Shown: piece after piece, positions 1 to 13,829 of the stretch
Layout of the letters: the number at the start of each line of letters is the position of its first letter
Numbering within the stretch: position 1 is the first letter of the stretch
From: Octopus vulgaris
Taxonomy: Eukaryota
Assembly: GCA_951406725.2 (NCBI GenBank)
Contig: OX597819.1
Coordinates: forward strand, 21,700,001-21,764,000
Length of the DNA stretch: 64,000 bases
Reading direction: 5' to 3'
Notes under the pieces: generated by a model
The model's input: the letters and a program-made list of their open reading frames with translations, nothing else
What the model was told of the DNA's origin: nothing
Databases searched by the model: none
Translations under genes and position numbers: made by a program

Positions 1-335
1 TCTCACAGGATTTTCCAAGTGTCCGACTCCGACACTTTCTGCGGTTTGTACTCATGCCACATCTATCTCTTTATAGACACCACGTTTCATATAGTTTCCA
101 ATGCAGCACTTTCACTGCCGCATTGTGACACATTAGCTTATATTGGTTTGGGGCTAGTAGAGAGCATTCTAATTGGTAGAACTCTTCGTTTCTTCGTTCA
201 TATTCCGTGCGTCACAATAGTCATAAACCTTTTTTGAGACAAAAATTTTATATTAATAAAGCCCCAGGTCTGATGAACGTGGCATGTAATTTACTTCAGA
301 TTAGATAATCCATAAATAAAGCCAAGTATGTAAGG

Positions 336-450
336 AGCTGTTCTATATTTAAGAGATGAGGAATTACGTAATTATTTACATTATTTATAGTTGACGGATA
401 TTTGTCCTCATCTTGTTTGTTGTTAACACAACGTTTTGGCTGATATACCT
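336..450 (-). mobile_element. Possible truncated Penelope-like pseudo-LTR fragment
   Basis: Minus strand reads GGTATATCAGCC-AAAA-CGTT-GTGTTAACAAC, resembling the 3' half of a minimal hammerhead (GAAA mutated to AAAA, ACGT palindrome). The 5' half is absent. Partly based on recall of a cephalopod repeat. Confidence 0.3.
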
Positions 451-1899
451 TGCGTCGGAAAAAAGCGAGTCGAGTGATTTGTGATTTGCAAAGTGTTACA
501 ATTTTGGTAGATGATTGGTTTAATGGTTAATTCAGAATTTGGCGAGACTGTGAACATGTGAAAGGAGGCTTGCAATTTGTGTAGAGATAAGAGGGTGCTA
601 AGTAACTTTGAATGGAGTTATTATACAGTCAGTTAACTCTATGGTACAGGGGCATTTGTAGAAACAGCATGAAAATCCCACTAAGGAGACAAATTACTGT
701 GAGACAAAATTTGGTAACTGCGTCCTTGAGACTAGCTGCATCGATGGCTTATTTATTATATTAGCCGCATTCTTGGTTGTTTGTATAACAACAGCGCTAC
801 ATCACATGTTGAAGCGTTATACTAACTTCGGTCTCACTGGTAATTTGTAGAGAACGAGCTGTTTTTTGTGGTGGAATCATTTTGTGATCCTAAAGAGGAA
901 GACGAATCTCTGAAAGATTGTTGTCTGTTTTAACAAAAGCTCACCAAAGCATTTGTAACATGATCGAGTTATATTTTCATTTTGTCCAAGGCTGAGGTGG
1001 ATTGGTTATTAGTTATTTGCAGTGATTTTCACCTTGAGCTGTTGAAGGAGACAAGGATGAGGATGTTCTCTTTAGAGAATGTTTCGTTAATGTGAGCAAA
1101 TTTTTCTTTAGAAGTCTAAGATGAATATACTGATGCCAGTCTGCGGATGGTATAGAAAGCGTTAGAAATATAATTCTTTTGCACTGGAGTACGAACTGTT
1201 AGCGGTAACAAGTAAACAATTAATAGGTATACTGGAACGCTTAGGTAATATAACATAATCGTGGGGTTTACAAGAATTGATGAAACATCTTAGTGTCTGT
1301 GATTAAAATAAAATCTTCACATGTAAGGAGAACGAATGCTTCGAAAATGTTGGGGAAACAATAAATTGAGGTCAAAATAATCCATTTAATTTTGTTGATT
1401 AATTCTTTTTTAATATTTCCTTTATGTGGACATTATTTAAAAGTTTAATTTACAGATCATTGAATTTCGCTTCGATTATTTCTCAATCGAATTTCTCACT
1501 CCGGTGGATGCAAACATCAACAAAGACATCTGAAAGCCTCGTCTCTATCTATATTGTTCATTACACTTTTCTTGTTTCTGATGATCAACTGACAACACAG
1601 ACACACAACGACACCGATACATACACCAATTAAAGACACTTCACGTATTCAAACTAGTTCCCGTTAAAACATTGATATTGCCACTTGTTCAAAGTATCGA
1701 TTGGCTAGCCTTATGAGAGTTTGTCTTGCAGTTATGTACTTCTTTACTATTCCATTTCTGCTTTTTTTTCTTTCTTTTTTTTTTGTTATTTTCCACTCTA
1801 GTCATTTGCGTCGATGTCTCCAGTCTATCGGTGTGCCAGGCTTTCCTGTGTCGGTCCTGATAAGTAATGAGAAGAGAAGTTATGTCATTTTAAAAATCC

Positions 1900-1972
1900 T
1901 CATCATCCTTATTATTATTATTATTATTATTATTATTGTTATTATTATCATTATTATCATTATTATTATTAC

Positions 1973-2029
<57 letters not shown>

Positions 2030-2095
2030 CATTATTATCATTATTATTATTAATTATTATTATTATTATTATTGTTATTAATATTATTATTATTA

Positions 2096-2141
<46 letters not shown>

Positions 2142-2185
2142 CATCGTTATCATCATCATCATCATCATTATTGTTATTATTATTA

Positions 2186-2280
<95 letters not shown>

Positions 2281-2297
2281 GCTATTGTTATTACTAT
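1900..2297. repeat. Imperfect (TTA)n/(TCA)n trinucleotide array
   Basis: Directly visible; source of the poly-I/L/Y ORFs. Confidence 0.97.
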
Positions 2298-2397
2298 ATA
2301 GCTCCGGCAGGAATTCAATAATATTTTACACGGTTCACCGATTACGAAAATATGAATTCTTTTGTTTTGTTTTGTTTTGTTTACACACACACACACA

Positions 2398-2962
<565 letters not shown>

Positions 2963-2984
2963 CATATATTGTTATATAGGGGTA

Positions 2985-3365
2985 AGAATAACTGTGTGGC
3001 TGGCTAAAGTGTCCAATGAGCCAGCTTTCCAACCATATTCTTTCGGATTCTATCTCGCCACGCAACTCCTTGGGCAACTGTCACCTATCATAACCCCGCG
3101 ATGACTAAAACCTTGACACCCTGAGAGAATTTTTTACATGGAAATTGTGTGAAAGACCGAGTACTTAGGTGCTTGTGTGTGTGATTTGTCCTCCGGTAGC
3201 ACGTGACAACCGGTATTAGCTTCTTTGCGTCATCTTACACATGCGGTGGTGCAAAAGATCTCGATCGAACAAATGCTAAACATGTCTACGGCGCCGATTC
3301 CTTCGACTAAAACCTTTGATGTGCAGACAGAGCATTGCTGCAATCCAATAATCAAACAAGTAAAA
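2985..3365 (+). mobile_element. Old decayed S1-type SINE
   Basis: Colinear degenerate matches to S1 copies: ctgtgtgg, ttgggcaa, tgacaaccg, gccgattccttcgactaaa, agcattgctgcaatccaa, aaacaagtaaaag. Confidence 0.6.
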
Positions 3366-3412
3366 GGTATATTAAATTGGGATACACACGCACACGCACA
3401 CAAACACACAAA

Positions 3413-3449
<37 letters not shown>

Positions 3450-3451
3450 TA

Positions 3452-3540
3452 TTTAATGGGTAACACCAAACAAAATTCTGGTGCATCTAAATTAAGTACC
3501 ATATTCATTTGAATCTAAATTGTTGCTGAACTTATATAGA
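3452..3540 (+). repeat. Short interspersed repeat ending in (TA)n; second copy at about 43170-43250
   Basis: aaaattctggtgcatctaaattaagtaccatattcatttgaatctaaattgttgctgaacttatata aligns by eye with the 43185-43250 sequence. Confidence 0.75.
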
Positions 3541-3556
3541 TATTTATATATATATG

Positions 3557-3606
<50 letters not shown>

Positions 3607-3860
3607 TATGTATGTCTGTATGTATGAATGTATATATGTATATATATATACAGAGAGAGAGAGAGAGGAAGAGAGAGAGAGAGAGAGAGAGAGAGTGATT
3701 GTGAAAATAATAAGGTTATTACAAGTTAAAATATGCTTTGGGTCATATTCGAAACCGTAAGAAAGTCATCGATTTTTTTTTGTCATGGAGAAAATTTCTT
3801 CCGGTAGGCAAATGTTGTAAAGAAACTGAAATGTGCTCGCAGCGCTCCCTGTCTGGTATT

Positions 3861-3906
3861 TATGACTGATGATGGGACAAGTACTCCGAAATGCTTACCT
3901 CTCATA
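3861..3906 (+). ncRNA. Type I hammerhead ribozyme-like motif with decayed stem III
   Basis: TATGA-CTGATGA-T-GGGACAAGTACTCC-GAAA-TGCTTACC-TC-TCATA: perfect 5-bp stem I, canonical core, short stem II, mismatched stem III. Confidence 0.55.
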
Positions 3907-4527
3907 GTCTAGGTAGGTGGCACTCCGAGCTGATTTTGGTGCTTTCTCCCCATGCGTCTACGACGAGAAATTGCTGACATAGTGAATGGTTTGATATGAG
4001 TTTCAATATACCACAAGCACATTGGGGAAATTACAAGAGATCTATAAATTCGGTGGCGTGATGTACCTAATAGTTGTGATATATACAGGCATTCTCATGT
4101 AGACACGATGAAGTTTACCATTGTCAAAATCGTGGCACCTCTGTATCATGGAGTCACAAACTAAACTGTACTTTATAAACCAGTTCTGAGTAATATATTT
4201 ATCAAAATCAATTACAAAGTCATTAACCAATACTTTTTTTTCTGAATTTGGCTAAACTCTCTGTCTGTAAAATTATCTGATCAATTCGCATACTTTGTAT
4301 TTTTGTTTTAAAGCAATTTAAAGTTTAAAAATCTTAAAGATAACAGGCACTTCTGATATCAGAACGATTTCAATATTCAGCTAACTACCTGTGGCCAACT
4401 TTGAGATAATTAAGATTTCTCAACTTCTTTAAGCGAAGCCGCTTATATATAGATTAACTGCTGGATTATATCCTTTAAAAGATTTTGGAAATCTGATAGA
4501 ACAATTGAGAATATTTTGTGGCACGTA

Positions 4528-4862
4528 TACTCTTTACTCTTTACTCTTTTACTTGTTTCAGTCATTTGACTGCGGCCATGCTAGAGCACCACCTTTAGTC
4601 GAGCAAATCAACCCCAGGACTTTGTAAGCCTAGTACTTATTCTATCGGTCTCTTTCGCCGAACCGCTAAGTTACGGGGACATGAACACACCAGCATCGGA
4701 TGTTGGGAGGACAAACACAGACACACAAACGCACACACATATATATATATATATCCATATACACGACAGGGCTTCTTTCAGTTTCCGTCTACCAAATCCA
4801 CTCACAAGTCACTTGCCCATGTGGTTGGTAAGCAAGCTACTTACAACACAGCCACTCCTGCG
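4528..4862 (-). mobile_element. S1 tRNA-derived SINE with internal deletions
   Basis: Near-identical to 32707-33120, (AAAGAGT)n-type tail, internal CA/TA microsatellite; the B-box region is deleted around 4808-4820. Confidence 0.9.
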
Positions 4863-6112
4863 TATATAACAATTAAATCTAAAAGTGTTTCTAGTCTCGC
4901 TTTAAAACAACGTCGAGATTAGAATAAGTACACGATGGATTACGTATTTTCGTTTATATATGTTCCAAAATGTTTAGTTAGTTTGTTGTCGTCGCTTTTA
5001 TAACCATGCATGTCTATAACCACGCATATATTTACAACCACTTATATCGAACTTTAATTTATCCACCAATAGCCATAACAACCCGCCTGACAAAGATGTG
5101 ACAATTAGTGTGAGAAAGGAAATTGTATAACACTCCACAGAGCATATGGATTAATGTTATTATTCGAAAGCAAAGCTCGGAACGTAATCGTACATAGAAT
5201 TAATTAATTTCCATTCTCAATGGTGTGATACGTAATTATCACTTTATATGATACGATTATATTAATATTGATGTAACACATTCAGCCTAAATGTCCGCTG
5301 TATGTCAAAAGTCTAAGAGAAAAATAAATGACGCAAAACTCAACTCGGCAACAGAAATCATTACATCAGTTTCTTAAAATAAAATTTTGTTGTCAAATCA
5401 GCGATAATTATTTAGCTGATGTCTCGATTCCCTAAATCCTAAATGCAGTAGCTAAATCTCCCACAAATTACTGTGATATTGAAAGTACAACTACGGAGTA
5501 ACCCGAACTCCAAGGGAACCCTTACACACATGTACACACACACTCACACTCACACACGTACATACGTCACGCACATATGCATTTCTATTGATATGAATGT
5601 ACATACTTTGGTGCATACTTTGATATATATATATATATATATGTGTACGTATGTATATATATATGAATGTATGCATATGTGTACGTAAATTGCGCTAGAG
5701 TTTAGTATGCTTTGGGCTCAAAAGAAATCACGAAATGCGACTAACTAAGTTAATGGAGTTAATTATAGTCGTGACGTGATATAAACATTACAAAATCACC
5801 AGGAGACAGAAAAAACAATCGGAAGAGGAATTCATTAAAATATAGAGCAACATTTTCCGAAAATAGTATTTAGAGATTTAATGTTTTAGCATCTTCGAGA
5901 AGTCTTCAGTTTGTGTCAAATGTATTTAAAACATCGGTGCTTACCCCCGTTTCAGATAATAAACCGGATGTTAGTGTTAACGTTGATATTTTAGGTTTGC
6001 AGGCAATAGAGGTTACAATTTCATGCTTTTTTTTTAACTACTACCTAAATTCCCCTATTTTCAACAATGATGTTTAAACTGTTATTTATGTTACTTTTAA
6101 AGATAAGATTGT

Positions 6113-6359
6113 GGAGGCACGTGGCTTAATATTTAGGGTGTCAGCACCATGATCGTAAGACTGTTGTTTCGATTCCTGGACCGGGCCACGCGTTGTGTTC
6201 TTGAGCAAAACACTACATTTCACGTTGCTCCAGTCCACTCAGCTGGCAAAAATGAGTAACGCTGCGATGGACTAGCGTCCCGTCCAGTTGGGAAACACAT
6301 ACGCCATTTAAACCGGGAAACCGGGCTCATGAGCCTCGCTAGGCTTTAAAAGGGCGCAT
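6113..6359 (+). mobile_element. S2 tRNA-derived SINE (tail type 1)
   Basis: A-box-like gtggcttaatatt and B-box-like tttcgattcc, then ttgtgttcttgagcaaaacact...ctccagtccactcagctggcaaaaatgagt, shared with 25621-25947 and 53090-53421. Confidence 0.85.
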
Positions 6360-6429
6360 AAGGGAAAGTAAAACGTTGTTGTTTCTTAACTCTTCAAAAT
6401 ATCTGTGATTCAGAAGCGCGCTCTGCAAC

Positions 6430-6740
6430 GTCTTGGAGTTGTTCCCACTGCATGGCACCTTTGGAAAGTGTCTTCTACTACACTCTCAGTATGACCAATG
6501 TAAGGTTGAAACTGTGTGTCATATGTGAGTGAGTGTATGTGCCAGTCAGTCTTGACCTCCAATATTGATTTGTTTATGCAGCCATAACCTAGCGGTTCGG
6601 CAAAGGGTTACCTATAGAATAAGTTTCAAACTTTAAAAAAAATGATTGTACTGGGGTGGATTTGTCTGACTAAATGCCCTGCCCTACGAGGCAGTGCCCC
6701 AGCGTGGCCAGATTTTATGAGAAAACAACTAAACTATGAA
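6430..6740 (+). mobile_element. Old decayed S1-type SINE
   Basis: cccactgcatggcacctttgg, gtgtcttctacta, tagcggttcggcaa, tagaataag and gtgccccagcgtggcc match S1 in order. Confidence 0.7.
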
Positions 6741-7289
6741 AAATAAGTGATATTAATACAGCGCAGTATGACGAGTGACATAAATTTATCGATCTCTTCC
6801 TAATTGCCTTCCTAATTGCCACTGTAAATTGCTCTGTACTTTTGTATAGAAACGTTTTTTTGGTTTTTTATATTCTTATATTGTTTATCAGATCAGGCTT
6901 TGTAGTTTATAGCAATGCAGTGTAATTAGATCGTTACTGAATCATTCAATACCGGGCTAGAGTCCAATGCGAAGAGCCAAAGCTACAGTGTTTAGAGCCA
7001 TATCCTGGAGATGATGAAATGACAAGCAGTAAACTTTGAGAGATTGAAACCAGGAAGGATTATTGTTGTTGTTGGTGGAGGCGCTGGTGCTCTTGTTCTT
7101 ACGACAAATCTTTCCTTCGTAACTACTGTAACTACACATTCTTGTGGCGTTACCCAACACCCGGGGTATATAACACAAACGATGTCCTTCATACACTGGA
7201 TGATTATATAACGTTGAGATGCGCTACAACTGGATGAATGTCAAAAATAGCGCGTATATACAGGCGTGCTCAATGAAAATGCTATGCTC

Positions 7290-7302
7290 ATTATTATTAT
7301 TA

Positions 7303-7375
<73 letters not shown>

Positions 7376-7491
7376 CATTATTATTATTATCATTATTATT
7401 ATTATTATTATCATTATTATTATTATTATTATTATTATTGTTATTGTTATTATTATTATCATTATTATTATTATTATCATTATTATTATTA

Positions 7492-7525
<34 letters not shown>

Positions 7526-7568
7526 CATTATTATTATTATTATCATTATTATTATTATTATTATTATT
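7290..7568. repeat. (TTA)n array at the 3' end of the R4/Dong element
   Basis: Directly visible; abuts the element 3' UTR. Confidence 0.97.
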
Positions 7569-9606
7569 CAGTAGTTTTAATTTTATAGCATGCCTTCACT
7601 TCACTACCGAGCGCAGCTCTGTGTGCCTTGAGTATGTGCTGTGATTTGTTGTGATGCTCTGATGGTTATTGTAAGGAAAGTGTTCTGCGTAGGATGTGTG
7701 CAGTGACTAGTAGTGCAATTTTCTGTATGTTATATGTGTTTGTAAGTCCTGGTGTTTTTGTTATATATTTGTCTGAATAATTTTTTATCATGCCTAATGC
7801 AACTACTATGAGAGGAATTGTTTCTGTTTTTAGATTCCACATTCTGGTTACCTCTATTTCCAGGTCTTTGTATTTTGAAAGTTTCTCCATTTCTTTTCGA
7901 GGCACATTGTCATCTGTTGGTATTGATACATCAATTAGAAAGCACTTTTTTTCTACATGATCTCTGACAACTATATCTGGTCTGTTGGCCTTAATTTCTC
8001 TATCTGTGTGTATCGGCATATCCCAGAGTATGGTTGCTTTCTCGTTTTCTGTGACCTTTTCTGGTGTGTGCCTATAACATCTTTTTTCTGTTGTTATTCC
8101 ATAATGTTGGCATAGCTTAAAGTGTATGTAGGTCCCAACTTTATCATGTCTGTGAATATATTCCTCCTTAGCCTGGACTGAGCAGCCAGAGATTATATGA
8201 TTTATTGTTTCTTGTCCATCTCCACATTTTCTGCAGTTACTTGTTATATTTCTTTTCATTACATGTTTTTGGTAATTTCTAGTGGGGAGGCTTTGGTCTT
8301 GTGCGGCAATTAAAAATCCCTCTGTTTCTGCTTTGAGTCCTGAGCTTCTCAACCATTGCTGGGATTTTTCTTTGTCTATTTCTTTTGCATTTAGTTTAAT
8401 CCAGTATTGACCATGAAGGGGGCTTTTCTTGCCATTGTTTTATCATGGTTCTTTGCTGTTCTAGTTTTAGTTTGGATTCCATTTGTTTTATAGCTTTTGT
8501 TGTTTCTTCATCTTCTTCTTCTACTTCTTCTTCTTCTTCTTCATATTTGTTAGGTGGTATGATTTCTTGTTTGTATCTGTCAGCTTCCTTAAATACTGAG
8601 AACAGTTTTTTGTTTTGCTCGTGTTTTGCCGCTATTTGTATCAGTTTTCCTTCCTTCTGAAGTAGATATTTTTGCAGTCCTATGGTGGTTATTTTATAAT
8701 AGTTTTCCAGCTGTATAAGGCCTCTACCACCTTCTATACGTTGTATATATAGTCTTTCTATGTCAGATTTTAGGGTGATGCATCCTAGATCCTGTCATTA
8801 TTTTTCTTATTTTCCTATCTATTTTGGTCAGTTCATTTAGTGTCCAGTTAAGGATATTGTAACTGTAACTTATAACTGGGACAGCTAAAGTGTTAATACC
8901 TATTATCTTGTTTTTAGCATTGAGCTCTGTTTTTAGTATTGATCTAACTCGTCTATAATATTCTTTTTTTATTTTCTCTTTCATTTGTGTGGGTTGTGTC
9001 TTATCTATTTTATAGATTCCTAAGTATTTGTAAGTTTGGCTTTGGTCTAATTCTTTTATTTCATTGGTTTTATCTAGTGTGATGTTGCTACTCTTAACTA
9101 GTTTTCCTCTTTGCAGGGTTACTTTGGCGCATTTTTCTAATCCATATTTCATATCTATTTCTTTGGTAAATCCATGAACTGTCTTTAATAGTGTTTCCAG
9201 CTGTTTGTCATTTGCAGCGTACAGTTTTAGGTCATCCATATATAAAAGGTGGCTGATCGTTTTGCCGTAACATTTATATCCGCATCCAGTTCTATTTAGC
9301 ATATCAGATAGAGGTGACAGTGCCAAGCAGAAAAGGAGTGAAGAGAGCGTGTCTCCCTGGATTATTCCCCTTCTAATGGGGATGGCTTTGGTTTTCATGA
9401 GTCCCTCTTTTGTTTTGTGCTGTAGCACTGTTTGCCATTTATTCATAGAGTGTCCTATGTATTTTATAATTCTTGGTGCTACTTTGTTAATGGCTAGTGT
9501 TTCGAGGATCCATGTGTGGGGGATGCTATCAAACGCCTTTTTGTAGTGTTTCGAGGATCCATGTGTGGGAGATGCTATCAAACGCCTTTTTTGTATCAAA
9601 CGCCTT
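7569..9606 (-). mobile_element. R4/Dong-clade non-LTR retrotransposon, family A, 5'-truncated and frameshifted
   Basis: ORF 8763-9599 has RT motifs YKKAFDSIPH, GIIQGDTLS, YMDD, YKYLG. ORF 7666-8352 has CRKC..HIISGC, RHD, RPDIVV, LIDVSIP, KLSKY (RLE). Frameshifts near 8765 and 8420. Flanked by (TAA)n on both sides. Confidence 0.93.
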
Positions 9607-9636
9607 ATTGATCATTAGTTGATCTTTACAGCCATA

Positions 9637-9683
9637 TTTATTATTATTATTATTATCATTATTATTATTATCATTATTATTAC

Positions 9684-9723
<40 letters not shown>

Positions 9724-9736
9724 ATTTTTATTATTA

Positions 9737-9781
<45 letters not shown>

Positions 9782-9796
9782 TTATCATCATTATTA

Positions 9797-9854
<58 letters not shown>

Positions 9855-9856
9855 CA

Positions 9857-9891
<35 letters not shown>

Positions 9892-9925
9892 ATTATTATC
9901 ATTATCATCATTATTATTATTTTTA

Positions 9926-9965
<40 letters not shown>

Positions 9966-9997
9966 CATTATCATCATTACTATTATTATTATTTTTA

Positions 9998-10028
<31 letters not shown>

Positions 10029-10070
10029 CATTATTATTATTTTTTTACTATTATTATTATTATTATTATT
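9637..10070. repeat. Imperfect (TTA)n array
   Basis: Directly visible. Confidence 0.97.
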
Positions 10071-10074
10071 TACT

Positions 10075-10190
10075 TTTAATCTGCATGTCATTTGCCGAGA
10101 CTCACTCTGCTCTGGGGCGAGTGAAGGATAAGAAATGTTGCAGCATGACTGAAATCTTGAGGAGAGGAAATAGCGAAATGTCTTGGGGTT
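10075..10190 (-). mobile_element. R4/Dong family E 3' UTR fragment
   Basis: tggggcgagtgaaggataagaaatgttgcag matches 34968-35000 and 52636-52670, which lie downstream of RLE coding remnants. Confidence 0.65.
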
Positions 10191-10611
10191 TGGATAATTC
10201 CCATTTGGAAAATCGGTGTTTTGTTCAACATCCTTAAATAACCCTTATTCATTGACCTCTTGAGCGGCATGGGCTACTAGTCTTGCAGAAAATTCTAACT
10301 GGGCTCCACCTGCAAGATCGTGTGCTGTTAATCTTGATATAAGGTCACCATGTCGCGCACATATGGTAGTGATGCATGTGCCTGGTGCACACTCGTCAGA
10401 CTGGTAGTCATGATAGGTATACCGGATTTCGTATATTTTACCTCGGTGTCACTTTGATAGCTTGCACTGTTCTCTCACTCAATAATTTAAAATGATAATA
10501 TTGAGGAAATGAAAACCAGTGTGCCAGCTGTTTTCATAGGGGTAATAAAAACAAAAGGAACAGAAATATGAGGGAAGGATGAAACTTTTGAAGCTGGAGT
10601 AAAATATATAT

Positions 10612-10842
10612 ATTTCTTTACTACCCACAAGGGGCTAAACACAGAGGGGATAAACAAGGACAGACAAACAGATTAAGTCGATTACATCGACCCAAGTGCG
10701 TAACTGGTACTTAATTTATCGACCCCGAAAGGATGAAAGGCAAAGTCGACCTCGGCGGAATTTGAACTCAGAACGTAACGGCAGACGAAATACGGCTACG
10801 CATTTCGCCCGGCGTGCTAACGGTTCTGCCAGCTCACCGCCT
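10612..10842 (-). mobile_element. S3 tRNA-derived SINE (Meta-core-like), full length, 17-bp TSD
   Basis: TSD TGGAGTAAAATATATAT at 10595-10611 and 10843-10859; B box GTTCAAATTCC; core GAGGTCGACTTTGCCTTTCATCCTTTCGGGGTCGATAAATTAAGTACC. Confidence 0.92.
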
Positions 10843-10884
10843 TGGAGTAAAATATATATTTTTGTTATTACTACGTTAGCCGTT

Positions 10885-11100
10885 CAAGTCGGTGTCATGA
10901 CCAGGGTGCCATATTTTGGTTTTGCACAAAGTAGTGTTCTAGAGAATATTTGTGAAAACATAAGAAAATTAGATGTTTTGTTCTGGAAATAATTTGATTC
11001 TAGATGATCGTGTGATGTTAAGATGACAGGGAAAGGTGTTTGTTATTTTGTATATTTAAAAGTTATTTTGATACTGTTTACAGATTAAAATATTTTGCGG
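10885..11100 (-). mobile_element. R4/Dong family C 3' UTR fragment
   Basis: agggtgccatattttggttttgcaca..gttctagagaat matches 53569-53615. Confidence 0.7.
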
Positions 11101-11101
11101 G

Positions 11102-11157
11102 TTCTTCTTCTTCTTCTTCTTCTTCTTCTTCCTCTTTTTCTTTTTCTTTTTCTTCTT

Positions 11158-11238
<81 letters not shown>

Positions 11239-11317
11239 TCTTATTTTCTTTTTACTTTTTCTTTTCTTCTTTTTCTTTTTCTTCTTCTTTATCTTCTTCC
11301 TCTTTTTCTTCTTCTTC

Positions 11318-11399
<82 letters not shown>

Positions 11400-11420
11400 C
11401 TTCATCATCATCATTATTAT
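11102..11420. repeat. Alternating (TTC)n and (TTA)n arrays
   Basis: Directly visible. Confidence 0.95.
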
Positions 11421-11424
11421 CAGG

Positions 11425-11880
11425 GGTGGAGGGTGAGGTGGCAGAAGCATTCCCACGCTAGACAAAATGCATAGCGGCATTTCGTCCGTCCTTGCGTTGT
11501 GAGTTCAAATTCTGCCGAGGTCGACTTTGCCGTTCACCCTGTCCTGGTGGAGAGGACGAAAGGAGGAAGAAGGCACTTACATCGACCCCACTGTCTATCA
11601 AGTACTGCAGCCAATAAATCCATTTCCCCTCCCCTCTAAAACTGCTGCCCCTTATCAAAATTTGAAACTTTTAAGGTGGCGAACGGACAGAAGCATTTGT
11701 ATGCCGGACAGAATGCTTAGCGGCGCTTCGTCCGTCTTTAAAGTTCAAATTCCACCGAAGTCAACATTACGCTTCGACATTTCGGACTCTATGGAATATA
11801 TACTTGTTGAGCTCTGGAGTTCGATGCAATCGAGTAGCCCCTCCCCACAAATGTCAGGCCTTGTAACAGAGATCAGCAAT
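11425..11880 (+). mobile_element. Two tandem decayed S3-type SINEs
   Basis: Two successive heads: gagttcaaattctgccgaggtcgactttgc at about 11500 and aagttcaaattccaccgaagtcaac at about 11741. Confidence 0.75.
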
Positions 11881-13694
11881 TTTGAGAGGGTGGAGGCTAA
11901 GTCAATAGGGTCGTCCCCATTACTCCATTGATTGTTAGATATGTCGTCCATTTTGGCTTGAAAGGCAAGTTTAAGCTTTGGTAGAATTGGAAGCGAAAAT
12001 TTGAAAATCTTAAGAGAAATCATAAACCATTTTGTTTCTAACGAATCTTTGACGCTGATAGAATGGAAGAATCTTTGATGTGCAGCTTCGATCATCACAA
12101 ATAATGTTCTCTTATCTATCTCCATCTATTTACCGACTGATTTAATCATCATCATTTCTCCTCGTATATTCTAGACTCCTGCGTTTCTTCTTCCACCTCC
12201 TTCTCCTCCTCCCCGTCCCTTTCTTTATATTTTCCTGCTTATCCTTTTCTTTTTCTCCTTTTTTCTACTCCTTCTTCTTCTTTGTATTCTCCTCCTACTT
12301 CTTCTTTGTTCCTCTCCTGTTTTCCTCATATCTCCACTCGTGTTTTAGCTTTCTCCCTCTGTCGCCAGTTTTTTTCTCAAATATTGTTACAACCACGAAA
12401 CAAATGATTAAAAAACAGCAAGAAAGAAACAAATAAGTTATTAAACAAAATGATAAAAAAATACAGAAGGTATATAATAATAAAAAAAAGTACAACGATC
12501 GAGTGCAACAACAACAAGAATAATCACAGAAGTTCAGGAAACAAAATGAAACATTTTAATCATTATTTTATACAAGATTATGGTAAGTATTAATTGAATT
12601 CTGTTGTACATGACATCCAGCACCTTCAGCTCTCCATTGCTGTTGTTCATTGTGTGTGTGTGTGTGTGTGTGTATGCGGTTATGTGTTTGTGCGCGTGCT
12701 TGGTTCTATGTATGTATCTGTGTATGTGTGTGACAGTGTGTGTGGATGCGTGTACATACGCATAAGCGTATTTATATATGTATAGAAGTGTAGGTATAAA
12801 TATCTATAGATCCATTTAAGTATATTATAAGGTAAATATATGTGTGTGCATATATATGTATGTGTGTGTGTGTGTATGTATAAATACATGAATATATTTT
12901 CATGGATATAATATATATATATGTGTGTGTGTGCACGTATGCTTGCGTGTGTGCGTCTGCGTATTTTTCATGTATATATGTCTATGCGTGTGCAAGCGTG
13001 TGCATGTATGCACGTGTATATACAAAGAGAAAGTGAAAGAAAAATAAGATGGCGCACGCTCATGAGCAATAGTTTTATGTGAATAGCAAATAATGTCTTA
13101 CTCTCAAGGTGTAAAATATATATATATATATATATACATATATATGTAAGTATACGCATATACGTATACTTATTTCAGTGCGTTCACGTCCACACACACA
13201 TGCACAAACATACACAAACACACGCGCATGCACACATATATACATATATGTATAAAGATATATAGACCACACTGATATATTCCTGTAATAAGTCCAACTC
13301 TAGTGGAGGAGCCGAGGAGAAGTCTTCTGCCAGTTAATCTTTGATCAAGCCTCTCCATACCACGCAAAAAGACAATCTTATGCTGCTGTTCCAAGTCCTT
13401 GCTAAATTCTACGACTCTCCTGAATAATCAGAGAATATCAGTTGAATAAATAAAGTTTAAGAGACGAATGTATGTGTAATACATTGCCCGTTCCACAACA
13501 CCAGTTAACTTCTGGTTATCTTTAGTATATTCTACTCTGTGACGAAAAAATTAGAGCTTGAGTCATCAGACAAACAACCATTTTGGTATCCTACATAATT
13601 TCAAGCGGTACATTTAGGGAACAATCTCGCCAGTCCGACAGCGCTAGCTACAGATCTGATGAGTAATGCGCCTCCTTCTCTCATTTATACATGC

Positions 13695-13829
<135 letters not shown>

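Noticed and set aside
800-1700. Possible AP-endonuclease LINE remnant on minus (IGVY, IIEAKFN, PTF)
   Set aside because: The motifs are too degenerate to support without a profile search.
7045-7110. Plus-strand peptide RIIVVVGGGAGALVL resembling a Rossmann GxGxxG motif
   Set aside because: An in-frame stop lies just upstream, there is no start, the remainder is unlike a flavoprotein, and GTT/GGT low complexity explains it.
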